In this document: positions 37,135 to 49,594 of the stretch, piece after piece
Numbering within the stretch: the first letter of the stretch is position 1
Layout of the letters: each line of letters begins with the position of its first letter
Origin: Zancudomyces culisetae HAW-14-8
Taxonomy: Eukaryota > Fungi > Kickxellomycota
Assembly: GCA_052426225.1 (NCBI GenBank)
Contig: JBNJNM010000015.1
Location: 992,001 to 1,056,000 of the forward strand
Length of the DNA stretch: 64,000 nt
Direction of reading: 5' to 3'
Program-made: the position numbers and the translations under genes
Notes under the pieces: generated by a model
What the model was told of the DNA's origin: nothing
Database searches by the model: none
What the model saw: the letters and a program-made list of their open reading frames with translations, nothing else

Positions 37135-37629
37135 TGCTTTTGAGTTATTTATTTATTATCTATTTTTTCTTTGTTCATTCCTAGAGTTTCAGTTTGTATA
37201 GTAATTAGTCATATTTTTGTGGATAAAATACATTTCAATGATAAATTCAACAGTGCACCTCTTTTACCAAGTTTAAGGTAGTCTTGTGATTTCTCGTCAC
37301 TCATCTTCCCCAAATCAAAATCCAAATCTGAATCTGAACCTGAATCTAACTAGCATCCAAGTTCAACAAAAAAAAAATGAACGAGGGGGAAAAAGGCCCG
37401 ATTGTTTTAAAACAGCCAATTGTTTGCGTGATTTTATGCTTTTAATTAAATTGCCAAAGTTGTGGTATGTGTTTCTGCTTCTTTCGCAGCAAATAAAACT
37501 GCAGTAATGCTATAAATGAGGCAGATGAGGCCCAAAAAAAATTTTTTTTTCTGAAATAGTAACAAAATAGCAGCTTAAAAAATAAAGTGTGGTGTAGTTT
37601 GGTATATAAGCTTTTGTGTACTAAACGCG

Positions 37630-37635
37630 ACGCGT
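37630..37635. promoter_or_regulatory. MCB-like element ACGCGT (within ACGCGACGCGT) about 95 bp upstream of BRF1
   Basis: Motif read directly in an AT-rich promoter; function is inferred only. Confidence 0.3.
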
Positions 37636-37727
37636 AATACTCCTATAATTCATTTGGAAAAGGCTTAAAATTTTAATATTCAAAAGAAAGTATACAGGAC
37701 ATAGTTCTGTGAAAAAGTCGAGAAAAT

Positions 37728-40138
37728 ATGCGCTGTGGCGGCTGTGGTGGAAATAACATTGAAAGCGATGCTGCCTCGGGTTCAGCTTTCTGTATAAGTT
37801 GCGGGTTGGTGGTCGAGGAAAGTACCATAGTTTCTGAAATCACATTCTCAGAAAACTCAGCTGGCGCAAAAGTCGTTTCAGGTGCCCTGCTTCGAACTGG
37901 ACAGAGTAAGTTTTCTTTTTTCATTCTTCTGCATTCATTCAGTCGAGTCTTGTCTCTTTTTATTGATGGGGGCATACAAATTAGATATATTTGCTAATTG
38001 CTGTGTTAAAAAACATAGCTCGAATTGGAAGTACGGCACTTACCAAGCAGGGTGGAAATCAGGTATCAAGAGAAAATACTCTAAATTTAGGTAGGTTGAT
38101 ATTTTTCTTACAAGCTACTCTTCTTACTCTTTAATAAGGTTCAACAGGAATATATATCAACTAGGATATGCGTAACGAGTATTCATATACTAAATAACAC
38201 TTTGAATATATGTAAATAGCACGTCAAAGAATCCATGCGCTGGCTACTGCCATGCAACTTTCGACATTTTACGTAGACTCGGCGCAGCGATATTATCATT
38301 TGGCACTGAATCTAGGCTTTACAAGGGGTCGCCGGAAGCACAGCGTTGCTGCTTCCTGTCTGTACATTGTGTGCAGACTTGAGAAATCACCACATATGCT
38401 GATGGATTTTTCAGAGATTTTGCAGACCAATGTATTTAAGTTGGGGGTCACTTTTGTGCGATTAGTGCAGATTCTCAACTTGATCTTGCCTTTAATTGAT
38501 CCTTCGTTGTATATATATCGATTTGCCGCAAAGTTGGAACTAGGCGACAAAACACAGCAGGTGGCACTGGATGCTTTACGGTTAGTCCAAAGAATGGACA
38601 GAGATTGGCTTGTTACAGGAAGGAGGCCGTCTGGAATTACTGGAGCTTGTAAGCACTTTGTTTCCAGATTTTCTTTATACTTTTTTCTCACCCTTATTTC
38701 TCTACTAATTAGTACATTTTAAAAATACTTTACTAATTGGGTTTATTGCATTCGAAAATAGGTCTACTAATTGCAGCAAGAATGAACAATTTTCGAAGAA
38801 CTGAACAGGATGTCATTGGAATTGTGAAAGTATCTACAGAAACTTTGAGGATACGGTTGCGTGAATTTATGAATACACCATCAAGTAAACTTTCAGTGAC
38901 AGATTTCCGAACTGTCTGGCTGGAAAAATCATGTAACCCTCCTGCGTTTGCAAACAAGAAGCATAAACACAGATATGGTACTTTATCTCGTCAAAAAACC
39001 ATAACTGATACACAGAAAGTGGTGTCTGAGGGTTCAGAGGTTATCCACTATATGATTGGAAGGTATCACAAGAGGAAAGGGGGTTCTTTAAGCGAAAGAG
39101 ACAAGGAACATATGTTTTTGGATGCAATATACAGTCAAGGTTTGCAAGATATTGAATTTGAGGGTGATTATAGTTTGATGTCGTCTGGAATGGCAGCTGA
39201 TAAAGAACTGGTTACAACTTTATTGAACAAGGCTAAAGAGAACTATCTTTTAAAAGTTAGTAATGAAAAGCCAATTGATGAAGATATTAGCAAATGGTCC
39301 GACATTGACGATGACGAAATAAATGACATTATCCTGCCACCTGAACAAGTATCAAAAAAGACAAAACTTTGGGACGCAAACAACAGTGACTATCTCCAAC
39401 AACAGGCACTCAAACCCGCGACATCTTCGGATACCAAACCGAAACAGCGAGCAAAGGTACGTGTTTTTTTTTTCTACACTTTATTTTGCATTTTCATGCG
39501 AATAATTCTTTTGTAAATGTATTATCATTAACATTCTTTTGTCACCTGATAACAAAACCTTCGATTTTAAAGCCACTCTAACCGATTTGTGCTTATTGCT
39601 ACTTTAGAGAACAAGACAGACACTAAAACAAGGCCAAACAGCATTGGAGTCTACAAAAAATTTGCTTGTTGTAAAAAAGCTGTCAAAAAAGATCAATTAT
39701 AATATTTTGGATAATCTATTTGACCATAATGCACCACGACCAGTTGTAGAACCAGGCAAGGAAATCACGTACATTTCTTCACAACCCAGCAAGGTTCCTG
39801 ATAGCCAACAGTTCACGGCACCTACACAGGCTACATTGAGTTCTCAAACTACAGCCAGTGTTGTACCGCTATCTTCATCATTGTACAGTTCAGCGGATTC
39901 GACCCAGGCCACAGTTGTCGGAAATACGTCTAATGCGGGCGCTTTTGATGGTGAAAAACTCAAGCCTGGTGCCGCCGCGCCCACATTTGGCGACGATGAT
40001 GACTTTGATGAAGACGAGGACGAGGATGATATGGACAAAGATGCATCGGATACTGATTTTGCTTCTGCTGCCAGATTTGCGCTGGGATATGGCAACAATA
40101 ACAATGACGACGACGATGGATTTGAGGAGTACGATTAA
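37728..40138 (+). CDS. BRF1: TFIIIB subunit Brf1; multi-exon
   Basis: Zn ribbon CGGC..CISCG.VVEESTIVSEITF.E, cyclin repeats (FTRGRR, CLYIVCR, IDPSLYI.RFA, MDRDW..GRRPSG), C.PPAF, DIDDDEI..IL, KKLSKKINY. Confidence 0.95.
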
Positions 40139-40419
40139 TCTTGTTTGCTTCTCTTCTTGTATTCTTGCGCTAGCTTAATTTATTTAACTCAGTTTTTAGT
40201 TTAGCATGATGTAGTATACCAATTTAACATAATTTTTAATTTATGTCCTATAACCGCAGAAATGTAATACTTGATTTGCAGGTACATGTCAACACAATAC
40301 TTTCAGAAAAGAAATCTCCATGAAGATTAGCTAGTAGATAGTAATTTTGCCTGTATATAAACAGGAATTATTTGGATGGAATATGAAATAAGTTTTTTTA
40401 TTCTGGATGAAGAAAGGGG

Positions 40420-40421
<2 letters not shown>

Positions 40422-40450
<29 letters not shown>
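40422..40450 (+). repeat. (GA)n microsatellite
   Basis: About 14 GA units read directly. Confidence 0.9.
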
Positions 40451-40452
<2 letters not shown>

Positions 40453-40944
40453 TAAAAGAGGAGTTGGTTTTGTGTTTATTAAACAAATTGACATGTAATG
40501 AAAGTAAAATCTGTCAAAATTCAAGAAAATATTGGTGAAGTATGTGTATTTATTATTTTTTTTGTCCATCGTGCTTGGTACAGCCATTACTACGTGTTTC
40601 GCACAGTTTGTCAACTTTGATAAATATAATTATCCCAGACTGTTTGTGAATATATTGACAGCAAAGACAATTGCCCAGAAATAGTTTTGGTTGTGATTTT
40701 AAAGCGACCCATCTGTGACCCTCGGTATTGACAGTGTTTAAAAGTTCTTTTTTTTGTATTTTTATTTGTATAAACCATATTAAGCCCTCTTCTTATTATT
40801 ATTCAACTATATATATATATATATATATAAACTCGAATCTGAGTTCAGCGTTTATATTTGTTAGAATATTAGAGTCAAGTTTATTAAAGCAAAAAAATAA
40901 TAAAGTAAATTCAATTATATGAGTAGATAAATAAGTGTGCAGGA

Positions 40945-43845
40945 ATGGAACATAAAGATAGATTAATCAAAAGGATTAAAAAACTCGACAACAAAGTTAC
41001 AGATCTGATCAGATCAGGTCCTGTAATAGTAGATGTTCTAGATATTGTAAAAGAGCTAGTAGAGTAAGATAGTATTTTCACACACAGAGTATCTGCAGTT
41101 GTTGGCTTGATATCATCATTTATTCATAACCAAACAAATAAATACTTGTGTATAAACGCAAAAACAGTGATTTTGACATGGCTATTATAAAAAATGCTTT
41201 CTTTATAGAAATTCGCTGGATGCCAATGCTGTGAATATCAAGATTATTCTTGTTGATGGAGGACTGGAATGTATTGAGGAAAGTACTATAGTGTTTTGAT
41301 TTTCTATATTTAGCTTCTTAAGACTAGTTGTACCAATATAAGAAAAAAAAAGAAAAAAAAAATTTCTGTAAAAGGCAGAGAGGAGAGGGAAAGATTATTT
41401 GGGTTTGATGTATTTTTTCAATGCTAATTGATGACATTAAACTGAGAATAGGTTTGGGATTCAGGAACTGGAATATCCAAACTTGATTTGGAGCACATAG
41501 GCAGGAATGGGTGTACATCAAAGATTGAGAACTTTGGAGATATTTTACAAACGCAGATGTTGGGATTCAGAGGTATGAATGTACACATACTTTCTCTGCT
41601 ATAATATTTTTATATCCATTATACTTCATACCAAGAATTGAGTTGTATAAACCAACCTAAACAGTATAAAAACTGGTGTAAACGGTTGTAGGTGAATCTC
41701 TATTTGCAATCAGTACATGCTCAAAAAAAACAACTGTAATAACAAAAACGAGAAACGACGTGGTATCTTCGCAACTTGAAGTGAACCAACACATACCGAG
41801 GCAAGTGGCTGTGGTGTTTTTTGTGTAAGCTACAAAGGATTGTGTTTATTTATGTGTGCATAAATAATAAATAGAAGTGTTACTGAAGGTACTAGAGATG
41901 TAGGCACAACCGTTAGAGTGTATGGTCCTCTAAGTAAATATCCTGTCAGAGTCCAGGTAATATCACTTTTTCCGCATATATTATCATGGTGCTACTTAAG
42001 TTTACTAGTAATTGTTTTCACACTCGCTTTTTTTTCCCATAGCAAATGAAAGGTAACTTGGCAAGCCTCAAAAAAAGGATACGGAAAATGGTGACGGGAT
42101 ATTACTTCAACTATCCACATGTGCGTTTTATGTTGGAAGAAAAAAGTTTAGCAAATAAAAATGCACGTGAATCCAGTTCAGTAGTAAAGACATGGCAGTG
42201 TTTTGGTGGTAATGGACCTACTAGTGATAGTACCGAATTGCGGATGGCGAGTATGATTAGCAGTGTATATGGAAAGAGTAATAAAACACATTTCCTATCC
42301 ATAGTCCAGGAAAAAAATTCAAATCAAGTTGCACCGACAAACCAAGTCAATATATGTTTTTTTACGCCTGAGCAGGGAAGAATGTCAGTACATAATGGTA
42401 CATGCGGATATTATATAAGCGTAAATAGAAGACCGGTGACCAAAGTATACGTATCCAGTTGCCTTACCAATAAAAAAATTGAAGGTGCTAGTAGGAACGG
42501 AAACAGTGGTGAAGATACCAGCGACTTCAACAAGTTTTTTTCTATCCTGAATTCGTACATTCGTGACACATGCAATCTTAGTGGCACTCTTTCCTCAAAG
42601 ATAGTATGTGTAATACAGTTTTCTATTGATCGAGGTTGTGTTGATGTCAATCTGAGTGCAAAAAAGGACTTGGTAGCCATAGTTGATCAAGATATTATGA
42701 CTTTCTTTACATTACATTTACGAGAAAAAATTAATAATGACAAAGTAACAATGCCACCTGTTCAATCCCAGCAATTTGAAGCAGTAGAAAAGGCAGATGA
42801 GCTGGTTCAAGACAGAATAGCTGTCAACGAGAAAAATTCCAGGCATGAAGAAAGTAATGATATTGGCGAAGTCACGCTTGTTAGTAGTAGTGTCGATGAA
42901 AATGTCACTGGTATACCCTTGGACAATCTGAAAACAAACACATTTTCTAGTGTTTGGAAAGCCAATATGAATTCTGACTCTGACTCTGATACTGATGCTG
43001 ATGCTGATGCTACTAGCAACTACTCCACCGGAGATCCCAACGTACTTGACACGTTTTTGTTTCAAAAAAGGAGTACCAATAGTAGTAACAAGAGCCATTC
43101 CACCCATATTATCGCTGAAAGTATTCAAACTCCCTTGTTAAACACCCAGATTTTTGAAACGTTCCCTCAGTTTCAAGACCCTTTTCTTCTTATACCTTCG
43201 CTCACCAAATTGAATTCCAGTGCAAATGTTGATACATATAACTTTGCTAATCAACAAACATCAAAGCAAACACTAAAACAGACACAAAATCATAAAAAAA
43301 AACAACAGAAAAAGAATTTCTCTCATTCACATCCTTTCAATGATCGCACATCCGTTCCACTAGCTGAAACATGTATTTTGGACTCAACACCTCTCAACTC
43401 TCGTAAACTCAATTCTAATAGCACAGGTAGGCCGGCTTTTCTTCTCTCTAAATTTTGGCACTCTTCACGTTTTTCTCGTATGCCTTCTACACCAAAATTG
43501 GCACATTTCAAACACACATTATCAGAAAGATCCAGCAAACCTTACTTTTTTGAGTCTAGCAAAAAACAAAACGACAATGTCAACTACGACCATATTAAAG
43601 CTGCACCGACCTATCAAAAACCGTACCTTATACCCAGCCCTCAAGCGCTTTTGCCCTCCCCGGTTCCCTGCGCTATAAAAACAATAAATTTCTCTGATCT
43701 AGATCCAGAATTGAGAAAGTGCATTGTTGAGCTGCTAACCCAGTCAACTAAATATAAGAACATGAGTTTCTCACACGACCACAGTATTTATTCTTTATCA
43801 AAATGTTCTATTACAGTGGATACCAGTCCGTTGGTTTTTCTTTAG
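40945..43845 (+). CDS. MutL-family mismatch-repair ATPase (Mlh2/PMS1-like), lacking a recognisable C-terminal endonuclease domain; about 6 exons
   Basis: Spliced GHKL motifs IRSG.VI....IVKELVENSLDA, VWDSGTGI, TSKI, LGFRGESL, GTTVRV, YPVR. Transducer domain YISVNRRPV and VDVNLSAKK. Confidence 0.85.
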
Positions 43846-43946
43846 GTGTCAACTTAACTTTTACATGCCTTTTATTCTTGCGGCATAAAATTATATGTAC
43901 TTCAAAGCTTGCTTAAAATATATATATATAAAACAAAAATATTCTG

Positions 43947-44978
43947 TCAATCCATGCGTCGAGGCTTCCAAAACCTGTCATTATTACCCACACTTGGATA
44001 AGCTCTCGATAGGAGCATATTTTCTGCAGATATGCGTGCACCTCTTTCTTGTATTGAGTGTCCAGTCATTCCTATATTCCAGTGGGCATAATTCATTTTC
44101 CAGCCTTCTGGCTCACTACAATAGCCCAAAAATACATCTTTACCAAACTCTTGACGAAATTCGTGATATTTTCCATGATATTCTACATGCTTTTTGTCTC
44201 CATATGGATCAGCTTCTCCGGGTTCAGGAAATGGGTAAAAGAATGAAGTCTGCATACATTGAGTATCTATAGTTACATTATTCATGTCAGCTTCTCTCAA
44301 TGTTTTCAGTGTGCAAACGTTCTCCAGCTTTAACTTACTTTCTATGATTCCACAAGTACCAAAGTTTCTCTTTTCTTCTAGCTCCAAATACACTGCATTA
44401 TCATTACAAACTTTATTCTCTTTGCATTTATTTACTATCTCTACCTCCTCCTAATTTTTGTTTTGTCTTGTTTTGTTTTCTTTGGGTTTCTTTTTTAAAT
44501 TTAGTATAAAAGATACAAATTTTATGCAAGAAATGTGTTTTATTTTCAGAGAATCATTCATTACCTTGCTGCTAAAAGGGACATTGCGTCCATTAGCACT
44601 ACCACTGGGCTTACCAATAGTCAGCCTTGAAAACCTCTTGACGTCTTGTTTACTTGAAACAGCATCTTGATCGTTACTTGCAGCCTTTTTTTTCTAAGCA
44701 TTTGCATTATTCGTTTAATACGCTAAATAATGAATGTTTTCTGGTACTGGTTACTTACAGGGTTGCACTCCTTTTTAGTACGGTCAGTAGTATCCGTTTT
44801 ATTTTTTTTGTGCAATTTATTTTTTTCATTTCTTTCTGCGTTCTGCACTCCAAGATTTTCTTCTATATTTTCGGTTTCTGAGTATGCCAACTCTAAATTA
44901 TTTGCATCCAAAACTATTATTGTATTATATCAAACAAAATAAAGTGGATAAAAGACTAATTATTGAAATTGAACTCAT
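43947..44978 (-). pseudogene. Three-exon orphan, probably secreted protein, with a 1-nt frameshift near 44930 (pseudogene or sequence error)
   Basis: ATG 44978 gives hydrophobic MSSISIISLLSTLFCL and then a stop. The adjacent frame continues (NTIIVLDA...), and two phase-0 GT..AG introns join it cleanly to ORF 43947-44393. Confidence 0.5.
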
Positions 44979-45659
44979 AACCAGTTTACTAATCTAGTAA
45001 TAGTGACTGCTTCATTTACTATGTTTTGGTTTGGATTTTATCCCCTTATTGAAAACCCCCAATCTTTTTTTCCTGTCGGTTTTTTCCCGTATTTCAGGTA
45101 GTAACTACATATTATAGTAGTTTTTTTGTAAACATATGAGCAAATGTACATTTTCTATGCTCTCATCCGTTTTGAACAATCAAATCTAGTATATACTGAG
45201 AAATGGTGATTTGGCATTACTGTGACTCTGCTGGGAGATACCCTAATCTGGCCCAACTTCTTGCTATGCATTTCCAATACGTCGGTTCTTTTTTCGGACC
45301 CTCTTTTGCTAGCACGCCCCGAGTTGCACATATGATCATATCCCTGAATAATAATACACATAAAGCACTTTTCTTTGTTTAGAACATTATAGATTTCACC
45401 ACCTTCATTGATGCAATCCAACACATTTTAAGCATAAAACATCCACTGCAAGTCGATTCAATCCCGCCACAACGATGATTGCTGAAAGGATCATCTACAC
45501 TGCTAATACACTCCTTGGGAAATGTCTGACGACAACTAGTTTAGATACCCTATTCCTCCTCTTCTCAAAAGATTACTCAAAACAATGTTGTTATCCACTT
45601 CCCTCCTTTTCTTAACATAGAGGAGAAAAAATACAAATAAATGGTCCGTTAGGTATCCA

Positions 45660-46118
45660 TCAAAATGCCTTGATTTGTTGGTCATTGTCTTTCCCAAAAC
45701 CCTTTTTACTAGACCTCTTACTTTTAAATCTATCCGCTACACTCAGTAACATCTTATTTAGAATTACCTCGGTTGTTCCCTCACTTTTTCCCTTGATCTT
45801 TTTAGATTTGAGCGACTCCTTATCGCTTGATTGGAACCCGTTGACTGTGACACAGCTAGGGTAACAATCCTCAGAGATACATTCTAGAACTACATCTCCA
45901 TCATGTGGATTAAATTCAGGACTGTTTATGTAGTTTAGTAGTGCCTCATGCTCTTCTAGATACTCATAAATACGTCTCAACCGAAAGTTTGATCTGTCTT
46001 CTTCTCCACCTAGGCTTTCCTTTTCCTCTAGATATTTGATATGGTTGTTTAGCATTTCTTTGGTCACTTTAACGTACCGTTTTCTCCTGGGTACCACCAA
46101 TTCTATTATCTTTTCCAT
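45660..46118 (-). CDS. Hypothetical protein (152 aa, charged)
   Basis: ATG-initiated ORF with good context (aatATGG) and protein-like composition; no family recognised. Confidence 0.5.
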   Translation of the reverse strand: MEKIIELVVPRRKRYVKVTKEMLNNHIKYLEEKESLGGEEDRSNFRLRRIYEYLEEHEALLNYINSPEFNPHDGDVVLECISEDCYPSCVTVNGFQSSDKESLKSKKIKGKSEGTTEVILNKMLLSVADRFKSKRSSKKGFGKDNDQQIKAF

Positions 46119-48720
46119 ATTTTACAATAAAATCATATAGATACTTTTACTTGTATATTGCGTTGTGTTGTTTCAAAGTCTGTCAGTGGGTGTCTTAAAT
46201 ACAGCAACAAAGCCACTGCACGATTTTTAATATCTGTTATCTAGAACGTATATTTATATTGCCTTATCAAAAACTCTGGTATTTTCTTAACTAAACTACA
46301 ACACCTTTCTTTTTTATTGCTTTTTCTGTAGTCTTGTTTGCTTGCTTGTTTATTTGTTTATTTGTCTATTTGTCTATTTGTCTATTTGTTCGCTTGTCTA
46401 TTTGTTTCTTGTTTTTCGCAATTTTGCCTTTCTAAAGTTCAGGTTGATGAACAAAGGAATAGAACACATATGAGATATTACAAACTGATTTTTGAATGTT
46501 TGCCAAAAAGCCAGACTTATATAGCATCATATGATCACACAATGGTATATGTGTGTTTTTGATGTTGAAAAGTTCACGCAACAATATTGATTGCACAAAT
46601 CCTCGCAGTTGCAATGTTTTGTCGTACTTTTTATTGATGGTTCTCATTAAATGAAAACTGTCAGCTTTACCTAAATATCAATGTGTTTTCATGCAAATCC
46701 CTGAGGTTTTCAAAAACACAACTACCGCTTTTACTGAAAGTATTTATTTTTTTTTGCTTCAAGATATATTTAATATCGTATTATTATCTAAATCTCACAA
46801 ATTTAAAAGTAATATAGTTAAGATTGGGTTAATTGTAGCTAAAAAACTAAAAAGCAGAAAAACAAAACAGAGAAAAGGCCATTGAAAAAAAGTGCTAATT
46901 TTTGTGTTTTACGCTCATTAATAGTGTATTTAAATACAAAGTTATTGTGGTTGGAATTAATGTTCTAGTATGTATTGTGGAACAATCGAGGCCAATTAAA
47001 AAGGAGATATTCTTATATCATGCATACTTGCGTCTCTTTACGCTTTGTTTTTTGTTCTTATTTTCTGGCTCATTTATCGCTTTCATGTAAATGACTTGCC
47101 TTAACAAATGGTAAACTCTGTAAATTCGGTAATTAAAGCGAATACTTAAGTAGATCTCACTAAATTATCTTTATTATTGAACACAATGCTACAGCCAACA
47201 GTTCTTAGTAGCATACATACTTTACTCTCAAACAATTAGACACATTAATGTTTTAGTTGTTTCTCCTATAAGACCTGAATTTGCAGGAATCCCTACAAGA
47301 CTTTCAAAATTCCTGAAAACAGGAAAAACTCGATCAGCATTCGGCTACACCGAAAGTTAAGTCGAGCTATCAGCATCTCGTTTTTTTTTCTTTTTTTTAA
47401 AAAAAAATATGCTGGCCTTCAAGTTAGCCCATCAGGCTTTTGTGCATCCATTCCTGCTCCTTTTGTTTTCTGGAAAAAAAAAGTTAATTAATTTTGCAAT
47501 TTGGTGCTGTTGAATAAAGAACGTTTTTTATTTTGTAAATGGCTGTATTTGAGCTTTAATACTGGTATGCAGGCTCGAGTATATTAAAAACGGCCAGAAC
47601 CAAGCCTGAAGATATGTTCTGCTAAAAAAAGCCTTCTATAGGTAGGAAAGGACTGTGAAGTTAATATATTTTCAGCAAATGAAAACCCACATTATTTATA
47701 TGACATTTTACAGATATACATGTATATTGAATATGTAGCTAAACATATATTAAATGTATTCCAGACCATAAAATAAGGAAAAAGAACGACTATACTAAAT
47801 CGAGTGTCTGTATTCATTATTATTTCTATCACATAATAAAAACGCGGAACTACTCGAGTCGCAACATGTAACCGTTTTTGTTCTACCTGCTTATGTCTAC
47901 TTTTAGTTATTTCATTTTCCAGATGCCAGTGCATACACTTTCCACGCTAGATAGGTGTTCAAAAAAAGACAAAAGTTACATAGGATGTTCATTAATCAAA
48001 TCAGATAGGTCTATGTCACTACTACCCAGTTGTTCAGTGCTAAATTCATAACAAACATTCTCAATCCTAGGTGTATATGAAAATTTCTTTGCTAAGAGCA
48101 CATTCTGATACTGAAGCATTTTTATGAGCTGCAGCTAAGAATGCGAGCGTAAAAAAAAAGTATAGTGAATGGCTGTTAGTACGTCTTTTATTTTTAAAAA
48201 AAGCAGAGCCGTGGCACATGTTGATCAGTTTGCTGGCCTTATACAAAATCATTTCGGCAGAAATAGTGGAATGTGCACTGCATCCAGATAACAGCCCATA
48301 CAATATCTGGAATATATTCATATATTAGAACAAAATTATGTCTGAGAAATCCCAGTGGTTATACATAGACTCCATCACTGAGCGCTCAAACCATCGATTT
48401 TTTTTTGTTGCACTAGAAAAAGCGCATTTACCATGTTTTACGCTAAAAGTGACACTGGATCAACCTACACAACATACTGGAGACGGCGATATCATTTAGA
48501 CACGTTTAGCCACGCTTAGAAAAAACACTATACACATCGAAACAAAGCCATCGGCTTCACACGAAAAAAAACTCTAGTGTAACTAGTATTTGAGCATGTC
48601 TTAAACAACTCACAGATGCAGATACAGGTTTAAGTGAATGAATTTATTAAATAAATTACAGCAACTTAAGTTATGATTAAATACTCTCATTAAATATAGA
48701 AAACCGCGAAAAAGACTAAA

Positions 48721-49281
48721 TTAGAACTCCATGACGGACATGGTCTTTCCAGACAAGGATTTACGTCCACCCAAGCCTACCAATTCAATGACAAATTGAT
48801 TAAGAATAACACGTCCTCCGAGGTTGAGCACAAGCTTTTCTGCAGCACCACAGGTACCTCCAGTAGCCAACAAATCGTCAACTATCAGCACGTTTTCGCC
48901 TGGCAAGATTGCGTCGCTTTGGATCTCCAAAACATCGAGACCATACTCCTTTTGGTATTCGTATTTGATGGTTGGTCCTGGGAGCTTTCCTCTTTTTCTG
49001 ATTGGAACAAATTTGGCACCAAGTTTAATGGCCAAGCTTGGACCAAACAAAAATCCTCTCGCGTCAAGACCGACTACAACGTCGATTTTACCACACTTAG
49101 CGCTTTTGGCCTCTTCCAATGCGAGCTCGGCGAGATAATTGATTAGACAATCTACTGCGGCTGGGATTTGGAAAATTGGGAAAATGTCTCTGAACAGAAT
49201 ACCCTCCTGAGGGAAATCAGGATACGTCTTGATGAGACTTTTTACTTTTTCAATTGTGTAGGTTTCCGAATCTGAAGGCAT
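48721..49281 (-). CDS. APT1: Adenine phosphoribosyltransferase
   Basis: YPDFPQEGILFRDIFP, GLDARGFLFG, IRKRGKLPG, KEYG.D, PRPP motif VLIVDDLLATGGT. First ATG is at 49281. Confidence 0.97.
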   Translation of the reverse strand: MPSDSETYTIEKVKSLIKTYPDFPQEGILFRDIFPIFQIPAAVDCLINYLAELALEEAKSAKCGKIDVVVGLDARGFLFGPSLAIKLGAKFVPIRKRGKLPGPTIKYEYQKEYGLDVLEIQSDAILPGENVLIVDDLLATGGTCGAAEKLVLNLGGRVILNQFVIELVGLGGRKSLSGKTMSVMEF

Positions 49282-49525
49282 TTCTTGATACTGCTCGGCT
49301 TTAGTTTTTTGGCGTTTATGATATATACCAAGTAACGGAACTAAAGTATTCAAGGGAAAAAAATTTTAAAAAAAATTCACAAATGCAGCATGTAGTTTAA
49401 ATTAGTTTTCGATTTTATTTTTTTTACTAAACACCAAAATTTGAGTAAGTGGTACCACTACGCAAAGGATAACCCGGGGTATTATCTTGGGTATGTATCA
49501 TTCAATCACTAAAAAACTCTTTCTC

Positions 49526-49594
49526 ATCCCCATCCCTATCCCCATCCCTATATTCATCTGTATACTCATCCCCATCCCCACCCCTCTCCTACCC
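49526..49594 (-). repeat. Degenerate (CATCCC)n tract; G-runs on the minus strand (potential G4) upstream of APT1
   Basis: catccccatccctatccccatcccta...catccccatccccacccc read directly. Confidence 0.6.

Noticed and set aside
46336-46410. ORF 46338-46562 built on (TTGTCTAT)-like repeats, and similar short ORFs over microsatellites
   Set aside because: Low-complexity simple repeats producing spurious ORFs.
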